From positions 1-45,851 of the forward strand of contig RHPI01002990.1 of assembly GCA_009103225.1 (NCBI GenBank): a DNA stretch of 45,851 nucleotides, given 5' to 3'. Below, in pieces: positions 41,076-45,851 of this stretch. Position numbers and translations under genes: made by a program. Every line of letters starts with the position of its first letter. The stretch's first letter is position 1. The stretch is from Chlorokybus atmophyticus (lineage: Eukaryota; Plantae; Mesostigma and Chlorokybus algae). The notes beneath the pieces are model-generated. The model saw only the letters and a list, made by a program, of their open reading frames with translations. It did no database searches and had not been told where the DNA came from.

Positions 41076-41648
41076 TGACAATCTTTGCACCGCCTCAAGC
41101 GCTCTCAACCTGTGCTGCGGCAAGGGTGTTGCGCGTAGGGTGTGGTTGCAGTTGGCACAGTGGCACGGGTGATGCCACTGGGTGCGTGTGTTTAATTAAG
41201 TTGTTATTGAGACTAGTTGCGCGTGGTGCGATTGTTTGTAGCCATTGGTACTACTGACCAATGGCCGTTGGTGTTTAACATCAATAGCTCTGGTGGAGGT
41301 GTAGAGTGGAAGTACAACTGTGTCTTGGGAATCAAGGTTATGTGAACTTTACTGCAGCTGCAACTATGTGGCCATGGTGCGTTGCATGGTGACTGTTTTT
41401 GTGCCCCTCCTTCTGTAGTTCAAGCTGTATAAAACCGGGGTGGTCTGTGCGTGCATGCGTGCCTTGCTCGCTCGCGCACGTGCGTGTGTGCGTGGTAAAA
41501 CACGTCGGGCAATGTGTTTGTGTATGAAATAGTGCGTGCGCGCATGCAATGTGCGAAGTGCTTAAGTTGTGCACACACATGCTAGTGCAGCGCATCGCAT
41601 ACAGCAGTCACACTCACCTCACTGTCACATACACCACCGGGCTAACTG

Positions 41649-41650
<2 letters not shown>

Positions 41651-41685
<35 letters not shown>

Positions 41686-41686
41686 N

Positions 41687-41733
<47 letters not shown>
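41651..41733. repeat. (CT)n microsatellite containing one n
   Basis: Direct sequence. Confidence 0.95.
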
Positions 41734-41737
<4 letters not shown>

Positions 41738-42466
41738 GAAGAACGACTCAGCCAAACACGATCGAAACGCCACCAATCGGCCGATCTGATGTTATCCCAC
41801 ACATCTCACATGTATATCGAAATAGTGACCACCAGTCGATCGATCCGCAGCCGTCGATCCTTCCGACTGCGCGCACGACCGTCGGCGTAGACTCTCTGCT
41901 GAGCACCGACTATCGACGGTGAGCGCGTCGAGAAAACAGATAAAACTGCTGACAATGACACTGCTGACATAAGCACGCACGCATACGGTTGCCGACGACG
42001 ACAACAAGGCGGCGGGGCGAGAGAGTCAGTGTCAGTGTCAGCACTGCTGTTGTTGTTGTTGTCGTCTACAAGCTTGCCCTGCTCCCCAACACCAGCTTGG
42101 GCAGTGGAGGTAGGTTGGGGCCGCTCGTCGGAGTGTGGTGCGCATGCTGTACATGCGCTTGCTGCTGTCACCGCGGTTGTTTGTCTCTGTGTGCTTGCTT
42201 CCCTGTCGTCGAGAGTGTCACGGTGCTGTATTCTCATCAGCAAGCAAGCAATGCGCTGTTCCGCATGGATTTTGGCAACACACACACACGCATTGCATCG
42301 ATCATGTGCGCTTCGCTGTCACACACACACGCACACTGGCACACGCCACCCGCACAGCTGCTGACACCTGCTGCTGTCCGTCAGGAGGGTGGGCGTGCAG
42401 TGCCATCCGCAGATCAAACCAAAGAGAGAGCCCAGCAGCCAGCAAAGAGGAAACGGCTTCTTCACA

Positions 42467-43265
42467 ATGAGCGACTCAGCAGGTGTGTGTGCCCACAAGG
42501 GCAGCTGCTTGTCGTGCGTACACCTTATGATCTATCTGTTGCCGTTGGCTCTGCTTTCGGTTTGTTTGTTTGTTACTGTGTTGTCGCTGTCATCGTCGTC
42601 TTCTCGACATGTGCGCGCGTGGGTGTGTTGAAGGTCACTTGGTCGATGTGTGCGCGTGGACCAGTACCCGCACACACTCCAATGTTATACGCATATGTGT
42701 GGGAGGTTGTTGGGGAGAGAGGGGTAGTTGAGGGAGGTGGGCATATAGCGCGCATGTCTACACACACAGTGTGCGTGGGCAGGTGTGCACAACCTACATA
42801 GCATCAACCAGTCAACCAGTCAATACAACCCGTTTGCTGTTGGCAGCGAAGGAGAAGGAGAAGCACGAGGAGGAGAAGGAGAAGGGGAAGGACAAGGAGC
42901 ACAAGGAGGACAAGAAGCACAAGGAGGAGAAAAAGCACAAGGACAAGGGCAAAGACAAAGAGGATGACGAGGATGATAACGAGGACAAGAAGGAGAAGGT
43001 GAAGGACAAAAAGGAGAAGCACAAGGACAAGGGTAAACACAAAGAGGGTGATGACGATGATGAGGAGAAGGAGAAAAAAGAGAAGGGCAAGGAAAAGGAG
43101 AAAAAGAAGGAAAAGGGCAAGGACAAGGAGGACGATGATGATGATGATGATGATGATGAGAAGGAGGAGAAGCACAAGGACAAGGAGAAGGGGAAGGACA
43201 AGGACAAGGAGAAGCACAAGGACAAGGAGCACAAGGACAAGGACAAGAAGAAGGAGAAGGACTAA
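42467..43265 (+). CDS. Small Lys/Glu/Asp/His-rich hydrophilic (KED-like) protein, ~145 aa
   Basis: A 16-nt first coding exon (ATG AGC GAC TCA GCA G|gt, 42467-42482) splices in phase to 42847 (ggcag|CG AAG GAG), giving MSDSAAKEKEKHEEEKEKGKDKEHK...KKKEKD-stop. Codon-structured (aag/gag/gac/cac), not a simple microsatellite. Confidence 0.75.
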
Positions 43266-44080
43266 GACATGGGAAGGCAGGACAACACGAAGGAGGATGA
43301 CCGCCAACAGGCGCGTCATGCTATCCAGTGTGCGCCCAATGTTGTGTTGTGTAGTTATGCGGTGCCCCCTACCTATCCGTATACACTGTTGTTGTCGTTG
43401 CCGTTGTGGCTAGCATTGTTGCTCTCTTATCGTCGCCGTCTGTTGTTGCCATCAATAATTGGTGTAGTGCTGCTTGTTCGTGCGCAGCTGGCATTGCCAC
43501 CATGCGTGCTTACATTTCGACTTGATGCCCACATGGCGCTGCACACATGTGGCAGCAGATGCTCCGACTGTGAGGTCGTCATCTTGATGGCATTGCTCGC
43601 ATCGCTGACCCGAGCGCTCAGCATTGAGAGAATACGGTTTGTGATGTTGGCCTAGAAGCACAGAGTTGTCGCCGTACTTGATGTGGCGTCATAAACAAGT
43701 ACGCGCAACGTACGTGTACACATACAGTTACATCTGCAAGCACCAACATGCCCAAGTACACCCGCCCGTGCAGCGGAAGCTCCACCCCTCTTAGGCCACT
43801 CCTCGCAGGTTTTCAAACAGCTGAAACAGTCGTGTAAGCAATGCAAGACAGGTGGCATGCGTTACTACATGTTTGCATCACATTGTACCTGTGATACGTG
43901 GGTAATATCTTACCAACTACTCACACACATGTACACGCGCGACGTGATGTGTCTTCGGCGCTACATTGTTGTTAGCATAGCGAGTGCGTCGCCGACGCGG
44001 ACTGTTCCCCACTCTTCGGTTCTATCCGCGTAGCGTGCATTGTCGACAATGGCGTTTTGCACACATGGCTGTCTGTGTGC

Positions 44081-44112
<32 letters not shown>

Positions 44113-45851
44113 GTGTGTGTGTTTGTGTGTGTTGCAGAGCTGGCAGTACACGTATAGGGTATAGTCAATCATCATGGCGCACGGTGCACAAGCGCATAAG
44201 CAAGGCTATTCACACCATCACTCACTCTAATAACTAACACCACCTATAGCCTACCGGGGCTCTACCATAGCTACGTGAATAGTCATGCCGTAGTACAAGT
44301 GCGTGCGTGTGGTAGCAGGCAACAGTCGGCACCTGCAGCAGCAGGAGAAGAGAGGAGAGGTGAGAGGCTGACTGGTGGTGAGGTTGTGTGTAATGTAATG
44401 TGTGTAAACTGGATGCGATGATGTGTCGTGCTGTGCTTCCGCCCCCCTCTCCCAAGGCCCACCGCCGCCACTTAGCTGGCCCATACAACACAACACAATG
44501 CGACTGCCGGTGCCGTTGGTACGAATTGGCACTTTGCAGTTCGTGCAAGTGCCTGTGCGACAACATTCCCACCGCAAGGTGGTGATATGCAAACACCGTT
44601 GGACAGTGCAGTTTGCTAGCGGTTAGTACACACATGCACGCACACATGGGCCTAGTATGACGTCACGACGGATGTGGGATGCATGAGTGGTTGTGCATCA
44701 CACCTCGTCCACGCCATAGCGGGGCCAGTGCGATCCAACCCGCCTGCACCATATGAAACTTGCACAACATACGCATTTGTGCGCATGAAGTGCAAATGAA
44801 GCTGTACACACGTGTGAGCGAGAGGGGGAAAGTAATGTGGAAAGCACAAATACAACACTCACATGGTTGTTCTGGGACACGTATCAAACGCACATGTATA
44901 TGATCCATACATGCACACGCGCTGGCATGCACGCACTCGACCCAAATCAGGCACATTCTCCCTGCCGCGGACCTTGCGGAACGTGCACGCCTTCATGTTA
45001 CTGAGTGTAAGTTCGTAGTTGCGTCACCCCCAGGCATTCGCACATGATACCGCTCGCATGCGTCTCCTCCTCCGCCTGCCACGCCTCACACCCGCTTACC
45101 ACAATGCCACACATGTGTGCGCGTGCGTGCGCGCGCACACATGTGTTTGCTTGCGTATGCACACGTGATGCAACAGTCACTCACGTTGGGTGGCAATGGC
45201 GAGTTGACGTCGCTGAGGGACACCTGCATCGCAAGAAAATGCGCATAGCTGCATGGATGCGCATGATGTTGTTGTATTACTGTATTCAACATTATACCTC
45301 GCTGGCAAGGGATTCCAGGAGAGACCCAACGGCGAACTCTTACGTGTACACACAAGCTAGAAAGTGTCACGACGTAGCATGACGACGGCGACACCAACGC
45401 CACCAACACCACCACCACCAACAACAACAACAACAACAACAACAGGTTGGATGATGTTGGAGGGGTGGGAGCAGGAGCACGTGCACGGGTAACAGAGTTG
45501 CCGTAGTTCAATGCTGGCTAGCCACGCAAAGCAGTTAAACATCAATGCGGGCTTACATGCACGTACGCATGCCCGCAGGCACACTCACATACGCGCACGC
45601 ACGCACGTACGCACGCACGCACACTGTGCCAATGCAACGCCACCCCACTGGCCTTTCTCCCAACAGAGCCTGTGTTGGCACGGGGCCACTTGCACAAGAG
45701 CAAGTTGGGAGTGAGTGCATTGGGTGATGGAACTGTGCACACTTAACTGCCCGTGGGCAGCCCTGCATGCCATGCGTGCGCGCAGGCTTGCTTGCGTGTG
45801 TGCGTGTGTGTCCCACAACCACGCAAGCGTGAATGTGCGTTCGTGGGTGGG

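Noticed and set aside
42804-43319. Very hydrophobic Leu/Val-rich and Ser/Phe-rich minus-strand ORFs resembling membrane proteins
   Set aside because: Antisense shadows of the Lys/Glu/Asp-rich plus-strand exon.

Overview
Left end of a eukaryotic chromosome or scaffold, probably from a green alga (inferred from a plastid-targeted plant-type glutamate-cysteine ligase, short spliceosomal introns and algal-type LTR elements). From left to right: (1) a (CCCTAA)n telomere joined directly to the pol gene of a degenerate Ty3/gypsy element whose 5' LTR, PBS, gag, protease and RT remain; (2) a five-exon membrane-type sulfotransferase (-) head-to-head with a GT61-family glycosyltransferase (+); (3) a three-layer nest of decayed LTR retrotransposons, in which a Ty3/gypsy integrase carrying a C-terminal PHD finger is cut by a minus-strand Copia, whose 3' LTR holds a full-length plus-strand Copia with a half-tRNA-type PBS and a near-perfect 5-bp TSD; (4) glutamate-cysteine ligase (GSH1, -); (5) an orphan ~284-aa gene (-) head-to-head with a SEN1/UPF1-like SF1 helicase (+); (6) a small Lys/Glu/Asp/His-rich gene (+). 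Two N gaps and single-n-interrupted (CT)n tracts limit interpretation. All gene models were spliced by hand from GT/GC-AG sites and reading-frame continuity; no database search was run.
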